DNA of 64,000 nucleotides from Kiritimatiellia bacterium (GTDB taxonomy: Bacteria; Verrucomicrobiota; Kiritimatiellia; WLWN01). The stretch is from assembly GCA_012103575.1 (NCBI GenBank), contig WLWN01000001.1, forward strand, positions 1,484,538 through 1,548,537. The letters are read 5' to 3'. The notes below the pieces were generated by a model. That model was not told the DNA's origin. It did no database searches and worked only from the letters and a program-made list of their open reading frames with translations. Shown here in pieces: positions 20,406 through 30,130 of the stretch (positions are counted from its first letter, which is position 1; the number at the start of each line of letters is the position of its first letter). The position numbers were made by a program, and so were the translations under genes.

Positions 20406-21746
20406 TCATTTTATCTCCACGTTTTCTAACTGATTAACAATGGTCTGAAAATGGTGACCACGCTCTTGGTAATCCGAAAACTGGTCAAAACTGGCACAGC
20501 CAGGAGAAAGCAAGATGAGTTCTCCTTCCTTCGCATCTTCCCATGCCATCCGTACAGCATTCTCTAATGTAGTACCCTGTGCACATGATATTATGTCAGA
20601 CCAAGTAGAGGTCATTTCCTTTGAGGTTTCTCCTATAAGATATACACGGATTGCGTGCTCAGCCAACATTTCTTTTACCCTTTCGAAATTTTTTTCTTTA
20701 GCTCTGCCTCCTGCTATTAATCGTATGTTTTTCCCCGCCATCTTTAACCCCGCTCTTAAAGCAGCCATGTTGGTTGATTTAGAATCGTTTATAAAACGAA
20801 CACCGTTTATATCGGCGACCTCCTCCATGCGATGAGACAATGGTTCTATGTGGCAAAGCGATTGCTCAACAACCTCACGTTTTATAGAGCAAACATCCAT
20901 TGCTGCCATGATGGCTGCGGCTGTAGGCCCCATGACATCATTATCAAAAATGCTTTCCTTCAGAACGGCTATTTCTTGTCCCTTATGAATAATGCGACCG
21001 CAGTCCCATACATAGTCTGCTTTATCGGTTCGACCAAATGTTCTCCACTGTCCCTGTCCATCTGACCCTTCAGCCAGCGATTTGCTTATTTCTTCAGGCA
21101 CAATACAAAAATCGGTTTTTTGGGTGTGAGCAAAAAAAGTGGCTTTGGTTTTCGTATAGGCCTGTATTGTTCCATGTCGATCTAAATGATTCGGGTATAT
21201 ATTTAAAAGGATCCCAATGTCCGGCCGAAACGATTGTATGGTTTCCAATTGAAACGAGCTGACTTCTAAAACGGTCCAATCTAGATGAGGCTGCTCACAA
21301 ACAACCCGGGACAAAGGAGGACCATAATTCCCTGCAAGAGACACGCGCTGACCGGCTAGAGCAAACGTTTCATAACACCCTTTAGCCGTTGTACTTTTAC
21401 CGTTTGTTCCCGTTATAGCAAAGATCTTCGAATGACTTCGAGTCCATGCCAATTCGATTTCAGAAACATAATAGATCCTGCGTTTTTTTACTTCGTGCAG
21501 CCACGGAGAATCAATGGATACACCTGGACTTACAATACAAATGTCGTATGGTTCTGGAGGAATATCGGGGGCGTTTAAGACCAGTTTGGCTCCACGTTTT
21601 TTTAAGGCTTCTAGGCATTCTAAAGAAATGGAACCTTTGCCCGCATCTAAAAGAGTCACTTTAGAACCTTCGTTTAACAGTAAATGTGCTGCAGCTTCAC
21701 CACTGAGACCTGCACCTAAAATTAATGCATGTTCGTATGTTTTCAT
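20406..21746 (-). CDS. murD: UDP-N-acetylmuramoylalanine--D-glutamate ligase
   Basis: 446 aa with 'ILGAGLSGEAAA' N-terminus and 'AITGTNGKSTT' P-loop. dcw context. Confidence 0.9.
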   Translation of the reverse strand: MKTYEHALILGAGLSGEAAAHLLLNEGSKVTLLDAGKGSISLECLEALKKRGAKLVLNAPDIPPEPYDICIVSPGVSIDSPWLHEVKKRRIYYVSEIELAWTRSHSKIFAITGTNGKSTTAKGCYETFALAGQRVSLAGNYGPPLSRVVCEQPHLDWTVLEVSSFQLETIQSFRPDIGILLNIYPNHLDRHGTIQAYTKTKATFFAHTQKTDFCIVPEEISKSLAEGSDGQGQWRTFGRTDKADYVWDCGRIIHKGQEIAVLKESIFDNDVMGPTAAAIMAAMDVCSIKREVVEQSLCHIEPLSHRMEEVADINGVRFINDSKSTNMAALRAGLKMAGKNIRLIAGGRAKEKNFERVKEMLAEHAIRVYLIGETSKEMTSTWSDIISCAQGTTLENAVRMAWEDAKEGELILLSPGCASFDQFSDYQERGHHFQTIVNQLENVEIK

Positions 21747-21761
21747 CGGTACTCGTTCAAA

Positions 21762-22898
21762 TTATCTGATTTTTAAAATGGCTACGCCAATTAAGGCAAA
21801 AATAATTGATAAAATCCAAAACCGGATTGTAATCATAGTTTCGACCACTTCTATATCACGCCCTTCACGACCCGCGCGTTCTTTTTCTAATAGTTCAAAG
21901 TGATGATGGAGAGGAGAACATCTAAAGATACGTTTCCCTGTTATCTTAAAAGAAGCTACTTGTAATACGACACTCAGGGCTTCTATAACAAAAACGCCCC
22001 CTACAATCACCAGTACAAGCTCTTGTTTGATAAGAATTGCAATCATGGCAATAGCTCCACCAATCGCCATACTCCCCGTATCTCCCATAAAGAGTTTAGC
22101 AGGATGGCAATTAAACCAAAGAAACCCCAATCCCGCCCCGAGTAATCCACCTGTAAAAACAGCTAACTCACCACTACCCGATATATAAGGAATGTGAAGA
22201 TAATCTGCAAACAGAGCATGACCCGCAAGATAGGACATAATCAAATAGGCGAAAGCTACTGAATTCGTACACCCAATCGCCAACCCATCTAATCCATCGG
22301 TAAGGTTTACGGCATTGGTTGAACCCAAGATGACCATGCTGACAAAGAGAAAGCTCCCTATAAGCCCGATGTTTTCAATCATGGGCTCTTTTAAAAACGG
22401 AGCCATTAAATGGCCTACGGTCTCCCGTGTTCCTGGCCACATCCAAAGAAAACAAATAACAATACACACCCACGCTCCTTGCAGGTATAGCTTTGAACGC
22501 GCGCGAAGACCTTTAGACTGTTTTTGTGTAATTTTAAGATAGTCATCCCAAAACCCGATTCCTCCCATATAAAGAAACGTCATAACAACAAACCATACGT
22601 GAATATTACTGGGTACAGCCCATAACCATGTAGAAACCACTACTGAAAAAATGATCAGAAGTCCGCCCATGGTAGGCGTCCCCTGTTTTTTGCCATGAAA
22701 CTCATATAAATGTATGGCTTCCTCTTTTCTAACTTGTTGTCCAACTTTTAAACGTTGCAAAACGCCTATGATCCATGGGCCAAGGATTAACGTGATGATA
22801 AAGGCAGTACCCGCAGCGGCAAAAGCTCGGACGGTAATATATTGGAACACCCGTAGCGGTGAATATAAATCTGTTAGATAGTGTAGGTAGTATAGCAT
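21762..22898 (-). CDS. mraY: Phospho-N-acetylmuramoyl-pentapeptide transferase
   Basis: 378 aa polytopic protein with MraY motifs ('NAVNLTDGLDGLA', 'FMGDTGSMAIGG'). Confidence 0.9.
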   Translation of the reverse strand: MLYYLHYLTDLYSPLRVFQYITVRAFAAAGTAFIITLILGPWIIGVLQRLKVGQQVRKEEAIHLYEFHGKKQGTPTMGGLLIIFSVVVSTWLWAVPSNIHVWFVVMTFLYMGGIGFWDDYLKITQKQSKGLRARSKLYLQGAWVCIVICFLWMWPGTRETVGHLMAPFLKEPMIENIGLIGSFLFVSMVILGSTNAVNLTDGLDGLAIGCTNSVAFAYLIMSYLAGHALFADYLHIPYISGSGELAVFTGGLLGAGLGFLWFNCHPAKLFMGDTGSMAIGGAIAMIAILIKQELVLVIVGGVFVIEALSVVLQVASFKITGKRIFRCSPLHHHFELLEKERAGREGRDIEVVETMITIRFWILSIIFALIGVAILKIR

Positions 22899-22921
22899 TT
22901 TGTTTTCTACGCTCAGTTATT

Positions 22922-24304
22922 TTACATTTCATTAGCAACGGGAAGACCTGGTTCCTGCCCTATAACTAATTCCAACTGCTCTGCCCTGGATGCTTTCAAC
23001 AAAACAGCATCACCAGGGCGAATTAGACCCTTCAAAACAACACCCGCTTCCGAAGGAGTCAAACATTCTTGTACCAATTCAAATTTTTCTCCCATAGCTC
23101 CCTGGGCAATCAGCGAACCTAATTTCCCAACCGTAATTAAACCTGCCCAATCTCCATGAGCCACTTCATGACCTAAAGCAATATGGGCATCCTTCTCTAA
23201 AGCACCCAGTTCATTCATCCCCCCTAAAACAAGCCACTTATTTCCTTCTACGTGAAAATCCTTAAATGTTTCGAGAGCAGCTCTCATGCTTACCGGATTT
23301 GCATTGTACGCATCATTAATCCATTGAACACCCTGTATAATCGTTGTATTCCATCGCATGGATAAAGGAGTATACTGTTTAAGGCCTTGACCAATGGAAT
23401 CCGCACCCAAATCATGTTCACGACCCACAGCAATCGCTATTAAGGCATCGCGCATGATGTATTCGCCGGGTAATGGCATTTGGTAAATAAAGGTATCTCC
23501 CGTACGAACTTCGGTTACCTCTAATCGATGGCCTTCTAATAATTTTCCGCTGTAATCAGCTTGCCCGGCAAGTGAAATGGTTATTACAGGACATGGCATC
23601 ATCTCTTGGAAAAAAGAATACCAGGGCTCATCCTTACTTAAAACCGCTCTTCCACCTTCCGGCAAAGCGTTTAGGAGTGTTGCTTTTTCTTTAGCCACAT
23701 CTTTAACAGAGTCAAAGTGAACCATATGGGCCAGTCCAATCGTTGTGATAATCCCCCACGATGGTTCCAATAAATCACACAAAGGCTCTAATTCGCCCGG
23801 TTCGCTCATACCGATTTCGAACACACCAAATTGATCTTCTGGAGATATAGACAAAAGGCTGAGAGGAACCCCAATATGATTGTTCCAATTGCCAGGCGTT
23901 CGAGTGGTTTTCCCTTTTTGAGCAAGTACACAAGCAACGAGTTCTTTCACGGTTGTCTTCCCAACACTACCCGTTATCCCGAAAATTTTCCCAGGCCATG
24001 TAGATCGATACCCTTGCGCAAGGTTTGTCAACGCCTCACAGGTATCGTCAACAGTTAACAGGGGAACGTGCAAAGATGAAGTGGAAGAAAAATCACGATC
24101 AACCAACGCACATGAGGCGCCTTTCCTAAAGGCTTCCTCAACGAATTCGTGTCCATCCAAACGGTCTCCTCTAATCGCTACGTATAAATTTCCCGAGGTA
24201 ATGGAACGCGTATCATGACACACCCCCTCAATACGATCAAGCGGCGATTGGAGCCATGTTCCCCTACTCCATCTTTCTAAATCGTTTGGAAAAAATGTAG
24301 ACAT
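22922..24304 (-). CDS. murF: UDP-MurNAc-tripeptide--D-alanyl-D-alanine ligase
   Basis: 460 aa with 'ITGSVGKTTVKE' P-loop and Mur ligase middle and C-terminal domains. Confidence 0.9.
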   Translation of the reverse strand: MSTFFPNDLERWSRGTWLQSPLDRIEGVCHDTRSITSGNLYVAIRGDRLDGHEFVEEAFRKGASCALVDRDFSSTSSLHVPLLTVDDTCEALTNLAQGYRSTWPGKIFGITGSVGKTTVKELVACVLAQKGKTTRTPGNWNNHIGVPLSLLSISPEDQFGVFEIGMSEPGELEPLCDLLEPSWGIITTIGLAHMVHFDSVKDVAKEKATLLNALPEGGRAVLSKDEPWYSFFQEMMPCPVITISLAGQADYSGKLLEGHRLEVTEVRTGDTFIYQMPLPGEYIMRDALIAIAVGREHDLGADSIGQGLKQYTPLSMRWNTTIIQGVQWINDAYNANPVSMRAALETFKDFHVEGNKWLVLGGMNELGALEKDAHIALGHEVAHGDWAGLITVGKLGSLIAQGAMGEKFELVQECLTPSEAGVVLKGLIRPGDAVLLKASRAEQLELVIGQEPGLPVANEM

Positions 24305-24313
24305 TCTACTTCC

Positions 24314-25780
24314 TTAACAGGTCCTTAACCATTGTTTTACGAATTCTTTATCATCAAAGGGAATGATGGTGTGGTTGAGTTCTTGATAGGTTTCATGACC
24401 TTTTCCTGCAATGATAATACTGTCTCCTGAACGTCCAAAGTTTAGGGCTTTTGAAATGGCTTTTTCTCGATCCAATTCAATCTCATAGTGATTAGAAACA
24501 TTAAATCCTGTGATAATTTGTTGTGCGATTTCGGTGGGATCTTCATCGCGTGGATTATCACTCGTAATAATGGAATAGTCGGCAAAACGATCAGCGATCT
24601 CCCCCATTAAGGGACGTTTTTTCGGGTCCCGATTCCCGCCGCAACCAAATACTAATAGGATTTTCCCCGACGTAATTCGGCGCACAATCGTTAGCGTCTT
24701 TTTCAAAGCATCATGGGTATGAGCATAGTCTATAAAGATATTAAATCCTCTGTCATTACGTAAACGCTCTAGACGGCCAGGAACAGAATCTAGACCTGCC
24801 ACGCCTTCGACCATTTCCGAAACCGGTATGCCTAAAGCGCCACAAGAGGCCATCGCAAGAATGGTATTCCTTATATTAAATGACCCTAAGAGATTAAGAT
24901 GCACAGGCGCATGGCCCCACGGGCTTTGGAAATTAAACGTACACCCCCGCTCACTTAACTGAACATCTTCCGCACGAACCTGTGCATATTGACGCGTCCC
25001 ACAGGTAATGATCGCACTCTCTATGTCATTCATCCGGAAAAGCTTCTCTCCCCACGGGTCGTCCGTGTTAATAATAGCTGTAGCGGATTTATCCATTGTT
25101 CCTATCGATCGAAATATAGACGTTTTAGATTCAAAATATTTTTCGATCGTTCCATGATAATCTAAATGATCGTGGGTTAAATTTGTGAAAACCATTACAT
25201 CAAAATCCGTCCCCACAACTCTTTTCTGGTCAAGGCCATGAGACGAAACCTCCAACACACCTGACTGACAGTTTGATTGGACCATATCAAATAACAGCGC
25301 TTGTAACTCGGGCGCTTCAGGTGTTGTTCGATTCGACACAATCACGCGATCTCCTATTTGATACTGAACCGTTCCTATTAAACCAGGTGATCGACCGGCT
25401 CTTTCAAGTATAGCGTGAGCAATATATGATGTAGTTGTCTTTCCATTCGTCCCTGTAATCCCAATGAGTTGTAAGTCTTTCGATGGATTCCCATAAAAAT
25501 GACAGGACACTTTGGCTAAAGCCAACCGTGCATCTTCAACTTGAATATGGGTCACATCACCCGCCGGACATTGATCGGATTCGGACATAACGGCTACTGC
25601 ACCCCGCGAGATAGCTTCCTCAACAAATTCGGTCCCATGGTGCTGATGCCCCTGACAAGCCACAAATAATGAATCCGTACGGACCTGCCTCGAATCAAAA
25701 GCGACCGCTTTTATTTTATGAGACTGAGAGCCCCGGACGTTAATAGGCTCTATTCTTTTGATCAGTGTTTCTATTTTCAT
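24314..25780 (-). CDS. murE: UDP-MurNAc-L-Ala-D-Glu--2,6-diaminopimelate ligase
   Basis: 488 aa with 'GITGTNGKTTTSY' and 'DNPRDEDP' C-terminal motif typical of MurE. Confidence 0.9.
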   Translation of the reverse strand: MKIETLIKRIEPINVRGSQSHKIKAVAFDSRQVRTDSLFVACQGHQHHGTEFVEEAISRGAVAVMSESDQCPAGDVTHIQVEDARLALAKVSCHFYGNPSKDLQLIGITGTNGKTTTSYIAHAILERAGRSPGLIGTVQYQIGDRVIVSNRTTPEAPELQALLFDMVQSNCQSGVLEVSSHGLDQKRVVGTDFDVMVFTNLTHDHLDYHGTIEKYFESKTSIFRSIGTMDKSATAIINTDDPWGEKLFRMNDIESAIITCGTRQYAQVRAEDVQLSERGCTFNFQSPWGHAPVHLNLLGSFNIRNTILAMASCGALGIPVSEMVEGVAGLDSVPGRLERLRNDRGFNIFIDYAHTHDALKKTLTIVRRITSGKILLVFGCGGNRDPKKRPLMGEIADRFADYSIITSDNPRDEDPTEIAQQIITGFNVSNHYEIELDREKAISKALNFGRSGDSIIIAGKGHETYQELNHTIIPFDDKEFVKQWLRTC

Positions 25781-27503
25781 AGTTCACAAATTGCAAATAG
25801 GGTTTGACTTCTCCAGGTGGTACATCCAGATAACGCAAAACCTCTTCAGCTATCTCCTTAAATACAGGCGCGGACACCCGCCCCCCTGTGTGTAAAGGCT
25901 GAGGCTCGTCCACAACAACAATAATACCGATCTCCGGGTTTTCTACGGGGGCAAACCCAACAAAAGATGCAATATTTGCTGTATCTGAGTATCCACCGGG
26001 AACCGGCTTTTGAGCCGTGCCCGTTTTGCCAGCAACATCATATCCATCTATACAGGCGCGGGTTCCTGTGCCCCCTCTTTCGGTAATCCGATGCATCAAA
26101 TAACGCATTTCTTTTGCTGTATCTCTACGTATAGGTCGGGCGATCACTTCGGGGTCAGGGTCAAAAACAGTACGTCCGTGAACATCAACCACTTTTTCAA
26201 TGACAATCGGACGCATTAAAAATCCATCATTGGCAATCGCACATACGGCATTGAGCATTTGTAAGGCCGTCACCGCTATTTCATGTCCCATCGCAATACG
26301 CGTAGAGCTAATCGCTGACCAGCTAGAATAACGGTGGAAAATACCTGCTTCTTCACCGGGCAAATTAAGTCGGTTGGGTTTACCAAAACCAAATGCTCTG
26401 ATGTAGTTCTCCAAACGTCTTTTACCTAGAGATAAGGCTATTTTTGCAGCACCAATATTACTTGATTTTTTTAAAACATCTGCCACAGAAAGGCTGCCAT
26501 ACGGATGAAAATCCCTTAAAGGTCTTCGTTGATAGATCCAACGCCCATGTTCACAATCTATGAGTTGGTCGGACCGTGCAACACCTTCATTTAAAGCCGA
26601 AGCAATCACAATCGCTTTAAATGTAGAACCTGGTTCGTACACATAACTAATAGAACGATTTCGGCGGACCTCTGCAGAAGTGTTTCGGAAACCGTTTAAG
26701 TCATAGCAAGGTCTTGAGACCATGGCTAAAATCTCACCCGTTCTTACTCTTTGAACAATCGCCCAAGCCCCTTTTGGCTGATGCGTTTCCATGGCTCTAT
26801 CCAGCGCTTCCTCAACCATAAATTGTATATTTTGATCCAGTGTCAAATAAATGTCAGAACCTGTTTGCCCTTTAATTTCTAACGTTCGCCGACTGTATAA
26901 TTCACGACGACGACCATCGCGTTCGCTCACACGTAATCCAGACCGGCCCTTTAAATAACGATTCATTTTTTGTTCAATACCTGCACTCCCAACACCTTCC
27001 CAATTTGAAAACCCAATCGCATGACACATCAATGCCCCCTGTGGATAATGACGAGCTGTATGGTCCTCAAAATGAATACCTGTAAGTTGCAAACGGGCAA
27101 TCTCATCTGCCAAATCATTCTTGACAAAGCGTTTCACATAAACAAAACGCTTACCGGGGCGATTTAAACGATCGAAGAGTATTTTCCCATTAAGGTTAAG
27201 GAGTCGGGCAAGGTGGGAAACAACAAACTGTAGATGCCCTTTATCAATAATCACTTTCGGATCAGCAAATATATCTTTGACCGGCAGATCAAGCGCCAAG
27301 ATATTTCCGTTTCGATCTAAAATACGCCCTCTCCCTACTAAAATTTCTTCTTCTGAATGCCTACTCTTTAGGATACGGGTTCTAAGTGCATCATGTGATG
27401 AACCAAAATGTAAAAAGGCTAGGCGGACGCCTAGCCCTGACAGAGCCGTTATGGCAATAGATGCTATCACCCATATACGCCATCTATGACCCAAATCAAT
27501 CAT
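25740..27503 (-). CDS. ftsI: Penicillin-binding protein 3, FtsI-type transpeptidase
   Basis: 587 aa with N-terminal TM, 'STFK' (SxxK), 'SSN' and 'KTGT' transpeptidase motifs. Confidence 0.9.
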   Translation of the reverse strand: MIDLGHRWRIWVIASIAITALSGLGVRLAFLHFGSSHDALRTRILKSRHSEEEILVGRGRILDRNGNILALDLPVKDIFADPKVIIDKGHLQFVVSHLARLLNLNGKILFDRLNRPGKRFVYVKRFVKNDLADEIARLQLTGIHFEDHTARHYPQGALMCHAIGFSNWEGVGSAGIEQKMNRYLKGRSGLRVSERDGRRRELYSRRTLEIKGQTGSDIYLTLDQNIQFMVEEALDRAMETHQPKGAWAIVQRVRTGEILAMVSRPCYDLNGFRNTSAEVRRNRSISYVYEPGSTFKAIVIASALNEGVARSDQLIDCEHGRWIYQRRPLRDFHPYGSLSVADVLKKSSNIGAAKIALSLGKRRLENYIRAFGFGKPNRLNLPGEEAGIFHRYSSWSAISSTRIAMGHEIAVTALQMLNAVCAIANDGFLMRPIVIEKVVDVHGRTVFDPDPEVIARPIRRDTAKEMRYLMHRITERGGTGTRACIDGYDVAGKTGTAQKPVPGGYSDTANIASFVGFAPVENPEIGIIVVVDEPQPLHTGGRVSAPVFKEIAEEVLRYLDVPPGEVKPYLQFVNYENRNTDQKNRAY

Positions 27504-27900
27504 TCATAACGGATCCGGAATACTGTGCATACTGATTTTTTGCCGAGATGGAGTCTTCTTCTCTCGAAGAAAAGACACGAACAATTTGATCTTCGTTTGG
27601 CCATGACATCACACTCCCATTCCGCAACAAAGCGGCTTTAATATTCGGCAATGTTTTCATATTAGACCATTTATACTCTTCATTTAGAAACTGATTATAA
27701 ATCTTCTCCTTTTGAGCCTCTAAGTCCTGTATATAAACCCCTAATGCTTCACATCGACCATGTACCCACAAATAGGATAATGACAATATCGCCGCTAATA
27801 AAAGAATAGATGCTAATGGAGCGGGAAATGCAAATCCCCCTTCTTGTTTCTTCCTATTTTGTTTTTGTTTTTTTCTCTTCGGCATTTTTAATCCTTTCAA
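27496..27900 (-). CDS. Small bitopic membrane protein, FtsL-like by position
   Basis: 134 aa, Lys-rich N-terminus, one TM 'ILLLAAILSLSYLWV', then a coiled-coil-like segment. Located between rsmH and ftsI as ftsL is in dcw clusters. The true start is probably internal, since the ORF overlaps rsmH by 47 nt. Confidence 0.5.
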   Translation of the reverse strand: MKGLKMPKRKKQKQNRKKQEGGFAFPAPLASILLLAAILSLSYLWVHGRCEALGVYIQDLEAQKEKIYNQFLNEEYKWSNMKTLPNIKAALLRNGSVMSWPNEDQIVRVFSSREEDSISAKNQYAQYSGSVMND

Positions 27901-28807
27901 TGACTCTTAATTTAGAGGATCTAGCACGAGGATTTTGCTGAACCTCCTCCTGATCAGGTACAACGAATGTATGCGTTATCCATTGTGCGACCGGCATTGA
28001 ACCTTTCCAACGACTTCCTCCTTCGTTCAACGACTCCCAGCGGCCAACATGCTGGGAAAAGCACTGTTTAACGTTTCTATCTTCCAAACTATGATAAGAA
28101 ATAACAGCCAATCGGCCTCCCTCTCTCAACAATCCCACAGCTTCTTCCAACCCTTTAGACAAAGATTCGAGCTCTCTATTGACCGCTATTCGTAATGCCT
28201 GAAAAGTTTTGGTCGCTGGATGAATCCGCCCCCGCCTTCCCCCTTTTGCATCCGAAACAATCTGAGCAAGCTCCTTTGTCGTCTTAATCCGACCTTTCTG
28301 TCTGGCTAAAACGATCCTATTAGCAACACGCGAAGAGGCTTTTTCCTCGCCGAAATTCCATAAAATATCTGCGATTTCACCGCGATCATATGTATTCACA
28401 ATTTTTTCCGCGGTTACAGCCTGTGTTCGATCCATTCGCATATCCAATAACCCTTCATGCATAAAACTGAACCCTCTATCTCCCTGGTCAATTTGCTCTG
28501 AACTCATGCCCAAATCCATCACAATTCCATCGACTTCTTTTACACGTGCTTTCTGCGCCAACCCTTTAATATCTGAAAAGTTACCTAACAAAAGTTGACA
28601 TTGACCTTCCCGGTCTAACAACCGTTTTTCGGTCCGTTTAATAGCATCCTCATCACGATCAATACCTAATAATCGGCCGTCAACGCCTAACCGCTCTAAA
28701 AGGGCCTTTGCATGTCCACCACTCCCGACTGTTGCATCTATATAGACACCCTCTTTCTTTACGCTTAAAAGCTCCATCATCTGTATGAGCATGACCGGTT
28801 TATGCAT
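27854..28807 (-). CDS. rsmH: 16S rRNA (cytosine1402-N4)-methyltransferase
   Basis: 317 aa, 'HKPVML...YIDATVGSGGHA' SAM-MTase N-terminus characteristic of RsmH/MraW. Confidence 0.9.
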   Translation of the reverse strand: MHKPVMLIQMMELLSVKKEGVYIDATVGSGGHAKALLERLGVDGRLLGIDRDEDAIKRTEKRLLDREGQCQLLLGNFSDIKGLAQKARVKEVDGIVMDLGMSSEQIDQGDRGFSFMHEGLLDMRMDRTQAVTAEKIVNTYDRGEIADILWNFGEEKASSRVANRIVLARQKGRIKTTKELAQIVSDAKGGRRGRIHPATKTFQALRIAVNRELESLSKGLEEAVGLLREGGRLAVISYHSLEDRNVKQCFSQHVGRWESLNEGGSRWKGSMPVAQWITHTFVVPDQEEVQQNPRARSSKLRVIERIKNAEEKKTKTK

Positions 28808-28885
28808 CCGAACCCATTCATCATTTAACGCCTTACTCGTTTAGAGGGGCTAAGAAATCTGTGAGCCTCTTTCAAAACAAGGCTC

Positions 28886-29095
28886 CTATGTAGCCTTTTT
28901 AGGTCTTGTCGTCCTCGCTGCCAAAGGTTTATTCATCATAATCCACTCCCCTTCAGCCATAGCCGGCCCTCCCCATAGCTGAAAACACAACCGGTCACGT
29001 CCATTTGGCAGCATCAAATACCGATTTTCATCTTTCTGAACACCATATAACCCCCGGTTAACTTTCAAAAATTTTGCAATTTTAAACATACTCAT
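28886..29095 (-). CDS. Hypothetical small protein (69 aa)
   Basis: Good SD (AAAGGAACT ACA ATG) and sits between mraZ and rsmH. No recognisable domain. Confidence 0.3.
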   Translation of the reverse strand: MSMFKIAKFLKVNRGLYGVQKDENRYLMLPNGRDRLCFQLWGGPAMAEGEWIMMNKPLAARTTRPKKAT

Positions 29096-29112
29096 TGTAG
29101 TTCCTTTTTTTT

Positions 29113-29204
29113 AGTCAAAAGTCGAAGGTTGAAAGACACATCCTCGAACTTTTGACTTTTATTGACACTGATTCTTCATATTAGACATTTGACTTTCGAC
29201 CCTC
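29113..29204 (-). repeat. Palindromic GTCGAAAG/GTCAAAG-type repeat element (copy R-a) immediately 3' of the mraZ stop
   Basis: 'agtcaaaagtcgaagg ... cctcgaacttttgact' forms a hairpin, and 'gacatttgactttcgaccctc' abuts the mraZ stop TAA at 29205-29207. Same motif family as 37248-37300, 42410-42510 and 42878-42995. Confidence 0.6.
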
Positions 29205-29672
29205 TTAAAATCCAACATACCTCGCTGCTTCGCCCAGCCCAGACTGATTTATAGAACCCTCCACTTCATTCCACTGATCAGGGTTCCACAATTCAAACCC
29301 ATCAAAAGTTCCGACTAAAACAACTTGATTGACCAGACTAGCAAATTCGAGTAGTTCGTCTTTTACGCGAATTCGTCCTTGACTATCCCAGGGCACTAAA
29401 TCAGAGCGAGAGGCGAGCGTACGAGCAAGCTGTCGGCCTTTGGCATCTGCAATTGAAAGGTTTCGCAGTCTTTCAAGCCTTCGGGTCATTTCACGGGCAG
29501 GGTAAACACACAGGCACTTGTCGTTTACCCCAGGCAGTACAAACAACCGCTTTGGTGCTCCCGCCAACTCTCTCCAATCTGAAGGAACCGTTAATCTCTT
29601 CTTCGGATCCAAATTGTGAACATAGGTATTTACAAAAACACCTTGCGAACTTATCCCACTATCCATATGCAT
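29205..29672 (-). CDS. mraZ: Transcriptional regulator MraZ
   Basis: 'VHNLDPKKRLTVPSDWR' matches the MraZ DxxGR motif, and the C-terminal half repeats it. The longest ORF starts at 29720, but a TTGACA-N17-TTTAAA promoter overlaps that 5' end, so the start is more likely the ATG at 29672 or 29666 ('MHMDSG'). Confidence 0.8.
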   Translation of the reverse strand: MHMDSGISSQGVFVNTYVHNLDPKKRLTVPSDWRELAGAPKRLFVLPGVNDKCLCVYPAREMTRRLERLRNLSIADAKGRQLARTLASRSDLVPWDSQGRIRVKDELLEFASLVNQVVLVGTFDGFELWNPDQWNEVEGSINQSGLGEAARYVGF

Positions 29673-29703
29673 ATCTTTTTGGTCCACTTTTCCGTATCTC
29701 CAT

Positions 29704-29738
29704 GACACTTTAAACCACATCGCCCCACTTTATGTCAA
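29704..29738 (-). promoter_or_regulatory. Putative Pmra promoter with MraZ-operator-like direct repeats
   Basis: Minus strand reads 'TTGACAtaaaGTGGGgcgatGTGGTttaaaGTGTC'. A sigma70-like -35/-10 pair overlaps three GTGGG-like repeats at 10-bp spacing, the arrangement bound by MraZ in E. coli. Confidence 0.4.
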
Positions 29739-30130
29739 CAGATTTATTTTATTTTTTTTCAGATAATACATATCCATCTGCGTCCCAAAGATTTGCTTCG
29801 GTGAATTATCGGTTATTGGCGAGTGTAAAAACCTGTTGGTTAAATTTTTTTTCTTCCCTCAAATACATTCCTCTTCATTTCTCAGAAGTTGACTGAAAAC
29901 GGATTTTCCTTGTAGGCCGGATCTCTGACCCGGCACGCTTCCAGATATTGAAATGTTGAATCACAAAAACCTCCAATCATTGTGAGACATAGATCAAAAA
30001 GGTTCCATTCTCTGTAAATGAGCTTTAAAAACCCTTCCAACCCTTGGCAAATCGAAGATCCGCCGTGGTGGAATAGAGCCTCAAAAAATCGTAAATTTTT
30101 TCTTATTGATCTCGCGCAAAAAAGGAAAAT

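Noticed and set aside
20141-20409. ORFs 20141-20371 (+) and 20179-20409 (-), and equivalents 53937-54215 and 57678-57920, predicted as 76-92-aa proteins
   Set aside because: They lie inside the three MITE copies, are mirror images of each other and have no coding signal. The repeat's palindromic nature creates open frames on both strands.
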